A stretch of DNA of 64,000 nucleotides, taken from positions 1 through 64,000 of IMG/VR virus record IMGVR_UViG_3300018481_000004. The stretch is one strand, 5' to 3'. Under the pieces are notes generated by a model. The model did no database searches. It was not told the DNA's origin and saw nothing but the letters and a program-made list of their open reading frames with translations. A program made the translations under genes and the position numbers. Each line of letters opens with the position of its first letter. Position 1 is the first letter of the stretch. Below, in pieces: positions 18,172 through 26,896 of this stretch. The DNA comes from a virus.

Positions 18172-18834
18172 TCACTTGGTGACGGCGGCCCGAACGAGGC
18201 CGTGAAGAAATGCCGTGATCGCGAGCGGATTGGTGATCTTGGGCTGTGAGACCACTGGTCCAGCAGTTCCAAGCGTCGTCACGCCGGTCGTCCAGGTGCG
18301 TGCGTCGAAGCGGATGGTGCCATCGAGCTCATGGTTCTGGTTCAGCATCTGCTTCTTGACGAGCCGACTCGCAGAAGCTGTGGCGGGGACGCCGATGGAC
18401 ACGATGCCGGAGTCGGTCTCCGTGGTCTGACCGTACAATCCGTAGCCCGAGGGGAACTTAATGATCGGACCTTCGTCCTGCATGATGTCGTTGATCTTGA
18501 GGCGAAAATATCCGTTTTCTACGACCTTTTTGATGTCTTTCGGCAGCGCGAGGATGTCGCCCAGCGCCAACCTGACACTCAGACCGATTCGATCGAGCAC
18601 CATGCTTTCGCCCGACGAGAGCTTGCGCTGCGTCTTGAAGTTCGTGTCGAGATCGCGCTTTCCCTGGATGTCGGAAAAGAAGACGAACTCGCTACCAGCC
18701 ACCAGGTTCTCGCCTGCGGGGATGATGACGGTGTCGAATTTATCTGACTCGCGAAAATCGCGAATGTTGACGATCTGTCCACTATCAGAGTCACGGAACA
18801 GACCTGGCTGTCCTTCGACGGGTGCGAGTGCCAT
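18172..18834 (-). CDS. Beta-rich virion protein (major structural protein candidate)
   Basis: 220 aa. SD GAGGAGA lies before the ATG at 18834, after a 165-bp gap. Sequence includes FVFFSDIQGKRDLDTNFKTQRKLSSGESMVLDRIGLSV. Confidence 0.75.
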   Translation of the reverse strand: MALAPVEGQPGLFRDSDSGQIVNIRDFRESDKFDTVIIPAGENLVAGSEFVFFSDIQGKRDLDTNFKTQRKLSSGESMVLDRIGLSVRLALGDILALPKDIKKVVENGYFRLKINDIMQDEGPIIKFPSGYGLYGQTTETDSGIVSIGVPATASASRLVKKQMLNQNHELDGTIRFDARTWTTGVTTLGTAGPVVSQPKITNPLAITAFLHGLVRAAVTK

Positions 18835-18999
18835 GGGATGTCTCCTCGAAAACGTGGGTGGTGTGCATGTCAGCCTTTCTTTTTCTTTCTGCCTTCGGTT
18901 TTGCTCGCCACGGACGCGCTCAAAGAGCTCGCCTAGACTTGCGTGACAGGTTCTGATTTAAAGTGCTGTTCCTGTCAGCAACACACGCATCGCCTACGA

Positions 19000-19563
19000 T
19001 CAGGCGAGGTACGGCATGTACGAGCCGAGCTGCTCGTTGGACACGTTCACGCCCGCGAGCGCAGGCATGGGTCCGAGGTTGCGGAACGCCGGATCACTCT
19101 GCTCGACCGCGGCCTCGGCCAGACCATTGATGGTCTGGTAGTCGTAGTCGGACAAGAGGCCGTCGCCTTCGTCGGCCTCGCCGAGCGGCACGCCGAGCGG
19201 GTTGGCGGTGAAGAAGGTGCCGATGAAGTTGGCGACGCCGAGGCCGATCAGGCCGCCCGCCACGCCCGCTGCCGCATCACGATTGATGTGGTAGAGCCCG
19301 CGCCCGCCCGCGATGCCTGCAACGACCGCAAAGCCGCTGAGCAGACGCGCCCGGTTCACCGGTTCGAGGGTCTTGAAGAACGGGGTCTCGGACTTCTGGA
19401 TCCACCCTGAGATCTTCTGCGTGATGATCGTGCCGAGAAGGATGGCAGCGGCACCACTGGCGCCGCTGATCCCGAACTCCTTGAGCATCTCGAGGTTGAT
19501 GATCTCGTCGAACTCCCCGAACTCGTAGCCCATCATGTCGTCGTAATCCTTGAGCGCTCCCAT
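19000..19563 (-). CDS. Gly-rich membrane protein (hypothetical)
   Basis: ATG at 19563 is preceded by GGAGGAACCG. 187 aa with hydrophobic Gly-rich segments AAAILLGTIITQKI, FAVVAGIAGG and VAGGLIGLGVANFIGTFF. Confidence 0.65.
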   Translation of the reverse strand: MGALKDYDDMMGYEFGEFDEIINLEMLKEFGISGASGAAAILLGTIITQKISGWIQKSETPFFKTLEPVNRARLLSGFAVVAGIAGGRGLYHINRDAAAGVAGGLIGLGVANFIGTFFTANPLGVPLGEADEGDGLLSDYDYQTINGLAEAAVEQSDPAFRNLGPMPALAGVNVSNEQLGSYMPYLA

Positions 19564-19711
19564 CGGTTCCTCCTTCGCTTTCCCCGCTGATTCGCCGTGG
19601 GGGCGCGAGGTTTTGGCTACGGTGCGCATCGATCACCAATGAATGGACTTGCGCCGCAACCGAAAATCAATATGAGATCAGCCTACAGTTGGACTAAAAC
19701 AGCGTCAAACT

Positions 19712-20437
19712 CTACATGACGCTGAAGATCCACGACTTCTCGACCATTGCGGCGGGTGCCTCCCAACCGAACTTGACGTCGACGGAGCTGTCCATCGTGA
19801 TCCACTTCTGTGGTGCGGCGCGTGGAAAGCCAGCCTGCGGGTAAATGTGATTCGGCTCCCGCGAGCCCTTGGTCTGAATGACCTTCATGCGCGCGGGGAT
19901 GCCGATGGTCAGGAGCAGCGCGCAGGTGGTCGCGGTGTAGTCGTCGCAGTCCCCAGACTGCAGCCCGATCGTCAGGCGCGGGTTCTGGAACGTGTCGACG
20001 CCGAGCGTGTCGCTCGTGTAGCGTACATGCGAGCGCATGTAGTCGAAGATGGCCTTTGCTTCAGCCAAGTTGTCCTTCTCGGGGACGCACCATCGATCGC
20101 CGCAGCGGCGCGAGACGATCTGCCGCGCCAAGGCGTAGATCTTCGGATCGCTGCGGCCCTTGTCGACGCGGCCTTTGATGTACGCGACGCGCTCGTTGAG
20201 CGTTCGAACGCTGGCCTTTTTCATCTGGCTGATGAGCGTGGCGGTCGGCGGGAGTGGCGCGGCCCCTTGCACAGGCAGCGGCAAACTCTCGCCGATCCCG
20301 CTGGGCGGCCCGCGCCGTCGAGGCGCAGGCCGGGGTTTGGGCGCATCGGTGCCTGCGAGGGCGCCGACGCCGCTACTCAACGCCTGCGCGCCGAGGATCA
20401 CCGACGCCAGGCCCACGACCACTTTGCCGAAGCTCAT
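19712..20437 (-). CDS. Transglutaminase-like cysteine peptidase with N-terminal signal/anchor
   Basis: GDCDDYTATTCALLLTIGIPARMKV..NHIYPQ..WITMDSS fits the Cys-His-Asp transglutaminase-core pattern. The N-terminus is MSFGKVVVGLASVILGAQALS. Confidence 0.75.
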   Translation of the reverse strand: MSFGKVVVGLASVILGAQALSSGVGALAGTDAPKPRPAPRRRGPPSGIGESLPLPVQGAAPLPPTATLISQMKKASVRTLNERVAYIKGRVDKGRSDPKIYALARQIVSRRCGDRWCVPEKDNLAEAKAIFDYMRSHVRYTSDTLGVDTFQNPRLTIGLQSGDCDDYTATTCALLLTIGIPARMKVIQTKGSREPNHIYPQAGFPRAAPQKWITMDSSVDVKFGWEAPAAMVEKSWIFSVM

Positions 20438-20472
20438 GAAAATGAATCGTAGGCGCCGCTCTCAAAATGAAC
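20437..20472. promoter_or_regulatory. Pair of AAAATGA boxes in a late-operon intergenic gap
   Basis: TGAAAATGAAT (20437-20447) and CTCAAAATGAAC (20461-20472) lie between 19712..20437 and 20498..22675. Confidence 0.35.
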
Positions 20473-20497
20473 AAGCTTGGGCGCCGTCGACGCAGTT

Positions 20498-22675
20498 TCA
20501 GTTGCTCGCGGCGGCGTGGTCCTCGTCCTGGCTGTCCCCGTCGTCGGACTCGTCATCCTCCTCGTCGCCCTCGTCATCCTCCTCCTCTTCGTCGTCTTCC
20601 GCGTGCTCATCGTGCGCATCGAGGGCGGCTTGGACGGGGTTGGAATCGTCGCCGAGCGGGACGCCTTGCAATGCGCTCTGGATCACGTCGAAGTTCTTAT
20701 CGAAGGTTGTGACGATCTTCTCGACCATCTCAGGACTGAGGAATCCGCTGACTTGCAGCCCCTGCATGATCACGGTGAGAATCTCAAGCGCCCTGTCGGC
20801 GCGCCCCCTCTGGACGAGTCCGAGCAACGTCTCGGTGGTCTCGCGCCATTCGTCGAACTCTGCGAAGTAAATCAGCATGTTCGTCACGCGTTGGAGGAGC
20901 TCCCCGTCATCTGCCGCGGCGACGATCTTGTTGATGTGCTCGTAGGTGGCGCTTGGCAGAGGCGGCAAACGTCTCGCCGGCCGCGCGCTGGGTCGCTCGC
21001 TCGGTTTCGCGGTGACCGTGTCGGTCTCCTCGACCACGTGCTTGTGGACCACTTCGCCGAACCCCTGGGGCGGCGGCGCAGCGGGGTTCGTGACAGGCGC
21101 GACGGCGATGGGTCGCACGACGCGGGGCTGCGGAACCGCTTGCACGGTCTGGGCCTGGGCTGGCGCCCCCTGCACCGGCTGCCCGGCGGGTGCTGCAACG
21201 ATGGGTGGTTGTCCCTTGCGCAGTTCCAGGATCATTGCCTTCTGATCAGCCATCAGCTTTCGCCGCTGCTCGATCAGTTGCGCTTGCGTCGAGGTTTCGG
21301 CCTTCTGCCGAACCAGTTGGGCAACCGCGCCACCGACATCACGGTTGCCTAGAAAATTTCCGAAAGCCTCCCAGAAGCCTCCCGAGGACCCTTGCTGATC
21401 TCCCTTAAGTTGCTGCGCGACGTTCAACATCATGCTCATGTGCTCCATGCTCTTCCTGAAGTCGTCGCCTCCTTTTTCGCCCTTGATATCCTGCAGCAGC
21501 GTGAGCATGTCGCGCGGCGTCAGAGTCTGCGCGTCCTTCGACGCGATCAGCTGCTTCACCAAATCCTTGGTCTCGCCGTCGCCATCACCTTTGCCTTTGC
21601 CCATGACGGTCGCCACGACCTCGACGATCTCCTTGAGACCCTCGAAAGGCGAAGGCGGCGGCGGAAGCGGCGGAGGCAGAGGCGCAGAGCTGCTCGACTT
21701 GTCATCGAGCAGCTTGGCGAGCATCCGCTTGAGCTCCAGATCTTCGCGCGGCTTCATGGCCTCGACAAGCAGCTGGAGGTTCTGCTGATTCTGCTGGCTT
21801 TGCAGTTGCTGCTGCTGGGCCATCATCTGCATGAATCCCTGCATCTGTTGACCCTGTGCAGCGATCACTGCCGCCAGCGTTCCATCTTCTCTGGGCGCCA
21901 TTTCCTTTTGAACCTCCTGCATGCCTCGAAGCAGCCCGATCGGATCGACATTTCCCTGCTGCACACGTGACTCCCACAGCTCGCGCTGCGCGCGCTGCGA
22001 CTGTTCAAAGACCGACTGCAGCATGTTCATGGTGCCGGTCCCTTCCGGTTCCGGGTTGGGGTCGAGCACGTTGACGGTGCCAGCTTCCAACTCGTTACCC
22101 GCGGCGTCGATGCCGGTGATTTTGTATTCGCCGGCCCCATATTTTGGCTTGATGTACTTCAGGATGAAGCTTTCGAGATCACTCGACGCCGACAGGTCTT
22201 GGAAGGAATACTCTCCGACCAGACCGAGCGCGCCGTTCACCATGCGCTGCTTGATCTTGACCTTCTCTGCACCAGGAAGCTTTTTGGCCAGTGCCTGTCC
22301 GAGGCGCTTCACCGCGGGTGATGCCTCGGGCTTGATCTTCCGGACCCGGTTTTGCGGCACCTGAAAGACCGTGTCGTCTTCCTGTGGCACCGGCGCGCGT
22401 GGTTCAGGCTGCTGCTGCATGTACCCAAACTGCGCGACCGGCGGCGGCTTCACCTCCGCCGACCGCTCGAACAAGGTATCGCGCAGGGGGGAGCGCCTCG
22501 TAGGAGCAGGGGCCGGCGAAGGTGCAGGTTCCCCCGCTTCTTCCTCGCTATCTACGAGTGCCTCGAACGCTTCGCGCGCGGCGTCGCCGTCGGTTTCTCC
22601 GTCGTCGTCGAGGCCCATGCCGAGCTCGCGCATCTTGTCGTCGACGTTCGCTTCGTTGGTCGTCTTTCTCGCCAC
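20498..22675 (-). CDS. Large Gln-rich coiled-coil protein with acidic C-terminal tail (scaffold- or internal-protein-like)
   Basis: 725 aa. GTG start with GAGGAG SD. Contains QQQQLQSQQNQQNLQ and PPPLPPPPSP tracts and a C-terminal EDDEEEEDDEGDEEDDESDDGD. No NTPase motif seen. Confidence 0.75.
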   Translation of the reverse strand: MARKTTNEANVDDKMRELGMGLDDDGETDGDAAREAFEALVDSEEEAGEPAPSPAPAPTRRSPLRDTLFERSAEVKPPPVAQFGYMQQQPEPRAPVPQEDDTVFQVPQNRVRKIKPEASPAVKRLGQALAKKLPGAEKVKIKQRMVNGALGLVGEYSFQDLSASSDLESFILKYIKPKYGAGEYKITGIDAAGNELEAGTVNVLDPNPEPEGTGTMNMLQSVFEQSQRAQRELWESRVQQGNVDPIGLLRGMQEVQKEMAPREDGTLAAVIAAQGQQMQGFMQMMAQQQQLQSQQNQQNLQLLVEAMKPREDLELKRMLAKLLDDKSSSSAPLPPPLPPPPSPFEGLKEIVEVVATVMGKGKGDGDGETKDLVKQLIASKDAQTLTPRDMLTLLQDIKGEKGGDDFRKSMEHMSMMLNVAQQLKGDQQGSSGGFWEAFGNFLGNRDVGGAVAQLVRQKAETSTQAQLIEQRRKLMADQKAMILELRKGQPPIVAAPAGQPVQGAPAQAQTVQAVPQPRVVRPIAVAPVTNPAAPPPQGFGEVVHKHVVEETDTVTAKPSERPSARPARRLPPLPSATYEHINKIVAAADDGELLQRVTNMLIYFAEFDEWRETTETLLGLVQRGRADRALEILTVIMQGLQVSGFLSPEMVEKIVTTFDKNFDVIQSALQGVPLGDDSNPVQAALDAHDEHAEDDEEEEDDEGDEEDDESDDGDSQDEDHAAASN

Positions 22676-22678
22676 TGT

Positions 22679-23590
22679 TCACGCTCCTCTGCGCTCACCG
22701 TGCATGGACTTGAGAATGTCCGAGTCGTCGAGCGCCAGGTAATGCCGGAAGGTCGTCTGCAGATTCTTGTGCCCTGCGATGCGCGCGATAATCGTCGCGT
22801 CTACACCGCGCCGCCACAAGGTTACGAGGTACGTTCTACGCATCGTGTGCGGTGAGAAATCCATGCCAAGCGGATCGCAGAGCTTGCTCAGCATCTCCCG
22901 CAACGTACGATCGGCGATGTGTTTATTGCGTCCCGGAACCTTGGGGAACAGCCACGGTCCCTTCTGCCAGCGACGCCACGTGTGGAAGTAGTAGTTGAGG
23001 ATCGGACGCCCCTCATCGAGGACGGGCACGATCCGCTCGTCACCTCCCTTGCCGATCAGCTTGAGCACGATCGTGTCGCGCACCGTGCCACCACGCAGCG
23101 TCACCTCGCGACGACTCAACGAGCTCATACTGAGCCCCGCAATCTCGCTTCCACGCAAGCCCACACACGGCATTAGCTGCACCGCGGTACGGTACGGCTC
23201 CTGCAGCATTTGGTTGGCGAGATCCATGTACCGAACGAGAAACTCCGGCGGCAGGATGTCTCGCATGCGGTGCTGCACGCGCGGAAGATCGGGCGGGTAG
23301 GGAACGACCACGTTGGCGCCCTGCTCGCGGACCCAGCGCAGGTAGCGTTTGACCGCGGCGATATAGAGGTGCGTGGTCGGCGCCGCGAACCCCTCCCCGC
23401 TCATGCTCGAGGCGTATCTCGAGAGGATGTTCGGCGGGACGTCCTCGAGGTTGGAAATGCCCCACTCGCGGAGCTGGGCGAGGAACAGGCGCGTCACAGC
23501 CGCGTATTTCCCTGCAGTCCCAGACGCCCGCACCCCCGTAAGGTACGCCTCGAACCCCTCCACAGATGTGTCGTGCGCAGTTTCTGCCAT
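22679..23590 (-). CDS. Tyrosine recombinase, XerC/XerD-like
   Basis: GLRGSEI (Arg), GKGGDERIVP (Lys), HTMRRT (HxxR) and GHKNLQTTFRHY (His..Tyr). ATG at 23590; the track start at 23599 is TTG. Confidence 0.85.
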   Translation of the reverse strand: MAETAHDTSVEGFEAYLTGVRASGTAGKYAAVTRLFLAQLREWGISNLEDVPPNILSRYASSMSGEGFAAPTTHLYIAAVKRYLRWVREQGANVVVPYPPDLPRVQHRMRDILPPEFLVRYMDLANQMLQEPYRTAVQLMPCVGLRGSEIAGLSMSSLSRREVTLRGGTVRDTIVLKLIGKGGDERIVPVLDEGRPILNYYFHTWRRWQKGPWLFPKVPGRNKHIADRTLREMLSKLCDPLGMDFSPHTMRRTYLVTLWRRGVDATIIARIAGHKNLQTTFRHYLALDDSDILKSMHGERRGA

Positions 23591-23617
23591 GGGAAACAAG
23601 CAGAGTGTAGGCGAGTC

Positions 23618-23753
23618 GCAGTTTGAATTGGCAGAAACTGCCTCGCGTGAAAATCAAACTCGCACCGGGGCTCTGGCTGTTTCACGTGAAACTCAAACCG
23701 GCGGCAGCTTCCGCTACTTGCGTTTCGGGTCTCCTCCGTCTGAAACTCAGCGG
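23618..23753. promoter_or_regulatory. Divergent control region with a palindrome and three GAAA(A)(C/T)TCA boxes
   Basis: GCAGTTT-N9-AAACTGC palindrome (23618-23640). Boxes are GTGAAAATCAAACTCG (23647-23662), GTGAAACTCAAACCG (23686-23700) and CTGAAACTCAGCGG (23740-23753). It lies between the recombinase gene and the first rightward gene. Confidence 0.4.
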
Positions 23754-23756
23754 ACC

Positions 23757-24137
23757 ATGACCAACTTCTTCCTCGTCGACGGCGACGAACAGCGCGCGCG
23801 GGGTGCCGAGTACCTCGATGACGTCGACCTCATCTACAGCAAAGAAGCTTGCGGCCCATGGGGTCCCTCGCTCGTGGTAGTCGCGCAGCGCGAAGGGATG
23901 CATGTGTGCTGGCGGTGCGGCGAGCACTTCGACCCGTCCTCGCGCAAGCAAAAGCCGGTCGAGACCGTCACGGGCCACTCCCGCGTCCTCTTACACGCCG
24001 CCTGCGTGGCCCCGGCCAAGAGCATGCGGTCCTTCCATGACATCACCCGTGGCCTCCAGGCCCGGCGCTTCTTCGCCAGGGCCGTCAAAACGGTCGAGGG
24101 CGCGATCGAGAGCGTGAAAGAGCGCCTGTCTGAGTAG
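23757..24137 (+). CDS. Hypothetical protein (CxxC-containing)
   Basis: An in-frame ATG at 23757 gives MTNFFLVDGDEQ.. (126 aa). Contains CWRCGEHF. Confidence 0.6.
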   Translation: MTNFFLVDGDEQRARGAEYLDDVDLIYSKEACGPWGPSLVVVAQREGMHVCWRCGEHFDPSSRKQKPVETVTGHSRVLLHAACVAPAKSMRSFHDITRGLQARRFFARAVKTVEGAIESVKERLSE

Positions 24138-24160
24138 TCCCCACAGAGAGGAGAGAGCCG

Positions 24161-24484
24161 ATGGAGCGTTACGCGCCGCCCCTAGAGGTCGTCACCGAGC
24201 TCGAGAGCCGCCTCGGCAGCTATTCGATCGACCTGCGCTTCCTGGCCAACGGTGCCGGAGTGGTAGCGGTCGTCAAGAGAGCGGATGGTGCGTGCATCAG
24301 CCTCTTGTTCGACGTGGCCGACCAGCCGCACCGGATTACAGCGCTTTGGAGAGGGCTCGACCTCCACGCGCTGAGCGTCGCCCCTCTCCGGCGCGCGAGA
24401 GCCCCCGCAGCCAGGGAGGATGCGGCGCTTGCGGAGCTGGCCGGCGAGGGCATGCGGCTTGCGCGGCTTGCCCTCGAAGCATGA
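24161..24484 (+). CDS. Hypothetical protein
   Basis: 107-aa ORF. GAGAGGAGAGAG lies upstream of the ATG. Confidence 0.55.
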   Translation: MERYAPPLEVVTELESRLGSYSIDLRFLANGAGVVAVVKRADGACISLLFDVADQPHRITALWRGLDLHALSVAPLRRARAPAAREDAALAELAGEGMRLARLALEA

Positions 24485-24987
24485 GCGACTGCGAGACATG
24501 GTACGTCTCCGTGCACACCTCGCGGGGGCGCGATTGGTTCGATGTCGTGCAACGTCCGTACGGTTCGACCCTCGCAGCGGGAAGCAAGGCGGCATGCGAT
24601 GCCGCTGCCCGGCTCCTATTCAGCCCCGAGTGGGAGGAACAGCAGGTCTGGCGCGCTCGCTACTACCAGGCGTGTGGGGTGACGATCTTTCCCCTGCGTC
24701 GTGCGGCTGAGAGCGTTCTCGATCTCAAACTCAAAGTGATACGCTGTGCGCATGCTCGACGCTGCACTCGCGGACGCACTCACCTCTTCGGCGGTACAGA
24801 CTCCGCCGCGCTCGGCGCTCTACCAGATCGTGCAAGAGACCGCGCTCGGTCCACGCTATCTGACCGCGTTCGACGACATGGACGCGGCCATGCGGCAGGC
24901 GCGGTACCTGAACGAGCAGACTGGCAACGCGTTCAAGACCGTGATGTGGGGGACCGGCAAACCGGTCGTGCGCGTCGATCCGCGTAA
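24481..24987 (+). CDS. Hypothetical protein; 3-prime end doubtful
   Basis: ATG at 24481 overlaps the upstream stop (ATGA). MSDCETWYVSVHTSRGRDWFDVV.. looks real for about 85 aa. It then turns Arg-rich and overlaps 24752..25393. Confidence 0.3.
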   Translation: MSDCETWYVSVHTSRGRDWFDVVQRPYGSTLAAGSKAACDAAARLLFSPEWEEQQVWRARYYQACGVTIFPLRRAAESVLDLKLKVIRCAHARRCTRGRTHLFGGTDSAALGALPDRARDRARSTLSDRVRRHGRGHAAGAVPERADWQRVQDRDVGDRQTGRARRSA

Positions 24988-25393
24988 GCTCCGGTTTCGC
25001 GGCGACAACATCCTGCCCTCGTTCGTCCTGCACCCCGCAGCCGTCAAGGGGCGCTCCGATGCCGTGCCGGTGAGCGCTGTCTATCGTGGAGGAACCGAGG
25101 TCGTGTTCGGCGCCGACGGTTCCGCCACGCCGACGCACCTCGACGGGTTCACCGTCGACGGTATCCCGAGCTTCAAAGGGTCGTTTGCGAAAGCGACTGC
25201 GCTCGCCAAACGTGCGGCCAAAAACCGCAACAAGCCTGTTTTTGTCCGAACGAAGAAGCGCCGTGCACCACTCGTTCGCGCGGCCCCCGCATCAGGTGTG
25301 AATGGGCTCGGCGATTTTCAGGTCGGCGCCGTGATCTCACCCGTATCCCCCGAAGAGTTCCAGGAGCTCGTGAAGATGGCAGAAGGCGCGTAG
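24752..25393 (+). CDS. Hypothetical protein
   Basis: ATG at 24752 (MLDAALADALTSS..), ordinary composition throughout, 213 aa. Confidence 0.5.
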   Translation: MLDAALADALTSSAVQTPPRSALYQIVQETALGPRYLTAFDDMDAAMRQARYLNEQTGNAFKTVMWGTGKPVVRVDPRKLRFRGDNILPSFVLHPAAVKGRSDAVPVSAVYRGGTEVVFGADGSATPTHLDGFTVDGIPSFKGSFAKATALAKRAAKNRNKPVFVRTKKRRAPLVRAAPASGVNGLGDFQVGAVISPVSPEEFQELVKMAEGA

Positions 25394-25472
25394 CGCTAAC
25401 TCAAAACCTCGTGTTCGTGTTGCGGCTGGTGCTTCATCGAGCATCAGCCGCCTGACTTTTTGGTGAGGGCAC

Positions 25473-26081
25473 GTGCTTCGCGATCCAGCGTCGTTCGAAC
25501 CCGTGAATGCCGTGGTGCTCTGCCTCGACGCAGCGAAGCACAAGTCTGGCTCGTCTCTCGTCATCCCTGACCGAAAGGCGCGCGGCGGCCTTCAGATCCT
25601 GCATCGATGCGAGGTGACTGAGCAGGAAGACCGCGAAGCATGCGTGCGCCACCTCTACAGCGAGGCGCTCGCGCGTGGGCTGCCGCCCGCGATCTACGCC
25701 GAGATATGGACACCCATGGGCAAGTCCACCTACGAGACCTTGCTCGGCCTCGGGGAAGGGTGGGGCTGGTGGACCGCGGAGTTCAATCGCGCTGCGAAGC
25801 TCCATCGTCAGGTGTTGGTGGCGCCCGTGATCTGCCGCGCGACGCCGGATGAATGGCGAGACGCGCTGTTCGGGCCACATCGCCCTCGCAAGCGCGCGCC
25901 GCTCAAAGAGCTCGCGATTCAGTACGTGCACAGCTTGTTCGGTTTTCACGTCGGCGACGACGTTGCCGAGTCGCTCTGCATCGGCCTGTACGGCATCCGC
26001 AATCAACGACTGCTCGACGAGGTGCGAAAATGGAGCAAGCGGCAGCAGAAGCTTCAAGAGGCCGCGGGGACGGCAGCGTAA
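25473..26081 (+). CDS. RuvC-like Holliday junction resolvase
   Basis: VVLCLDAAKHKSGSS (Asp), YAEIWT (Glu) and VGDDVAESLCIGLYG (acidic pair) fit the RuvC/RNase H-fold resolvase pattern. GTG start. Confidence 0.65.
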   Translation: MLRDPASFEPVNAVVLCLDAAKHKSGSSLVIPDRKARGGLQILHRCEVTEQEDREACVRHLYSEALARGLPPAIYAEIWTPMGKSTYETLLGLGEGWGWWTAEFNRAAKLHRQVLVAPVICRATPDEWRDALFGPHRPRKRAPLKELAIQYVHSLFGFHVGDDVAESLCIGLYGIRNQRLLDEVRKWSKRQQKLQEAAGTAA

Positions 26082-26896
26082 GAGCCCTCTTGAAGTGGGT
26101 CGGGAGCAAAGCACGGCTTATCCCGGCGCTCCTCTCTCGGCTCCCTGTGGAAATTGATGAGCTGCGCCACGTCGAGCCGTTCTGCGGCTCCGCGGCGTTG
26201 TTCTTTGCGCGGCAGCCTGCCACGGCGCTGCTTGCAGATCAGAACGGGCGCCTGATCGAGACCCTGCGATCAGTGCGCGACGAGCCCGACGCCGTCATCA
26301 ACCACCTCGAGGAGTTTCAGGCCGAGCACAACAGCGAGCTCTACTACGAGACGCGCTACTACGTGAACCTCGGGTGCTTGGCCGGTGCGCTCCACGCAGC
26401 GGCTTTTTTGTATCTCAACCGGACCTGCTTCAACGGGCTCTACCGAGAAAACCGGAAGGGCGAGTTCAACGTTCCAATTGGCCAGTACGAGGATCCGAAG
26501 ATTCTCGACGCGCAGTCGGTTCGCGAGGCGTCCACTCGTTTGGGTTGCGCGCGCATCGTGCAGGATTCATTCGAGCACACGGTGCTGCACTGCGGACCGT
26601 CTGATTTTGTCTACCTCGATCCGCCGTACGAGCCGCTTTCCGAGACGAGCAGCTTCACTGCGTACAACCGCGCCGGGTTTCAACGCAAAGAACAGGAGCG
26701 CCTGCGTGAGTGCTTCGACGAACTCACGCGCATCGGTGCGCGCGTGATGCTGAGCAACTCCGACACCGAGTACACGCGCGCGCTGTACTCCGACTACGTC
26801 GTGGAGACCGTCGAGGTTCACCGCTCCGTGAGCGCCGGCAAACGCGGCACGGCGCGGGAGCTGATCGTCCGTAACTACGGGAGGATTGCACTGTGA
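26030..26896 (+). CDS. dam: DNA adenine methyltransferase (Dam / D12 class)
   Basis: LLKWVGSKARL, EPFCGSAALFF (motif I), NRTCFNGLYRENRKGEFNVP and VYLDPPY (motif IV). ATG at 26030 overlaps the RuvC-like gene by 52 nt. Confidence 0.85.
   Translation: MEQAAAEASRGRGDGSVRALLKWVGSKARLIPALLSRLPVEIDELRHVEPFCGSAALFFARQPATALLADQNGRLIETLRSVRDEPDAVINHLEEFQAEHNSELYYETRYYVNLGCLAGALHAAAFLYLNRTCFNGLYRENRKGEFNVPIGQYEDPKILDAQSVREASTRLGCARIVQDSFEHTVLHCGPSDFVYLDPPYEPLSETSSFTAYNRAGFQRKEQERLRECFDELTRIGARVMLSNSDTEYTRALYSDYVVETVEVHRSVSAGKRGTARELIVRNYGRIAL

Noticed and set aside
18944-18977. Terminator after 19000..19563
   Set aside because: It is only a 7-bp stem (TGACAGG/CCTGTCA) with a 20-nt loop and no T-run, which is too weak to call.
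23628-23640. Sigma-54 type promoter (TGGCAG-N4-TGC)
   Set aside because: The GG-to-GC spacing is two nt short of the -24/-12 consensus. The sequence is better explained as half of the GCAGTTT..AAACTGC palindrome.
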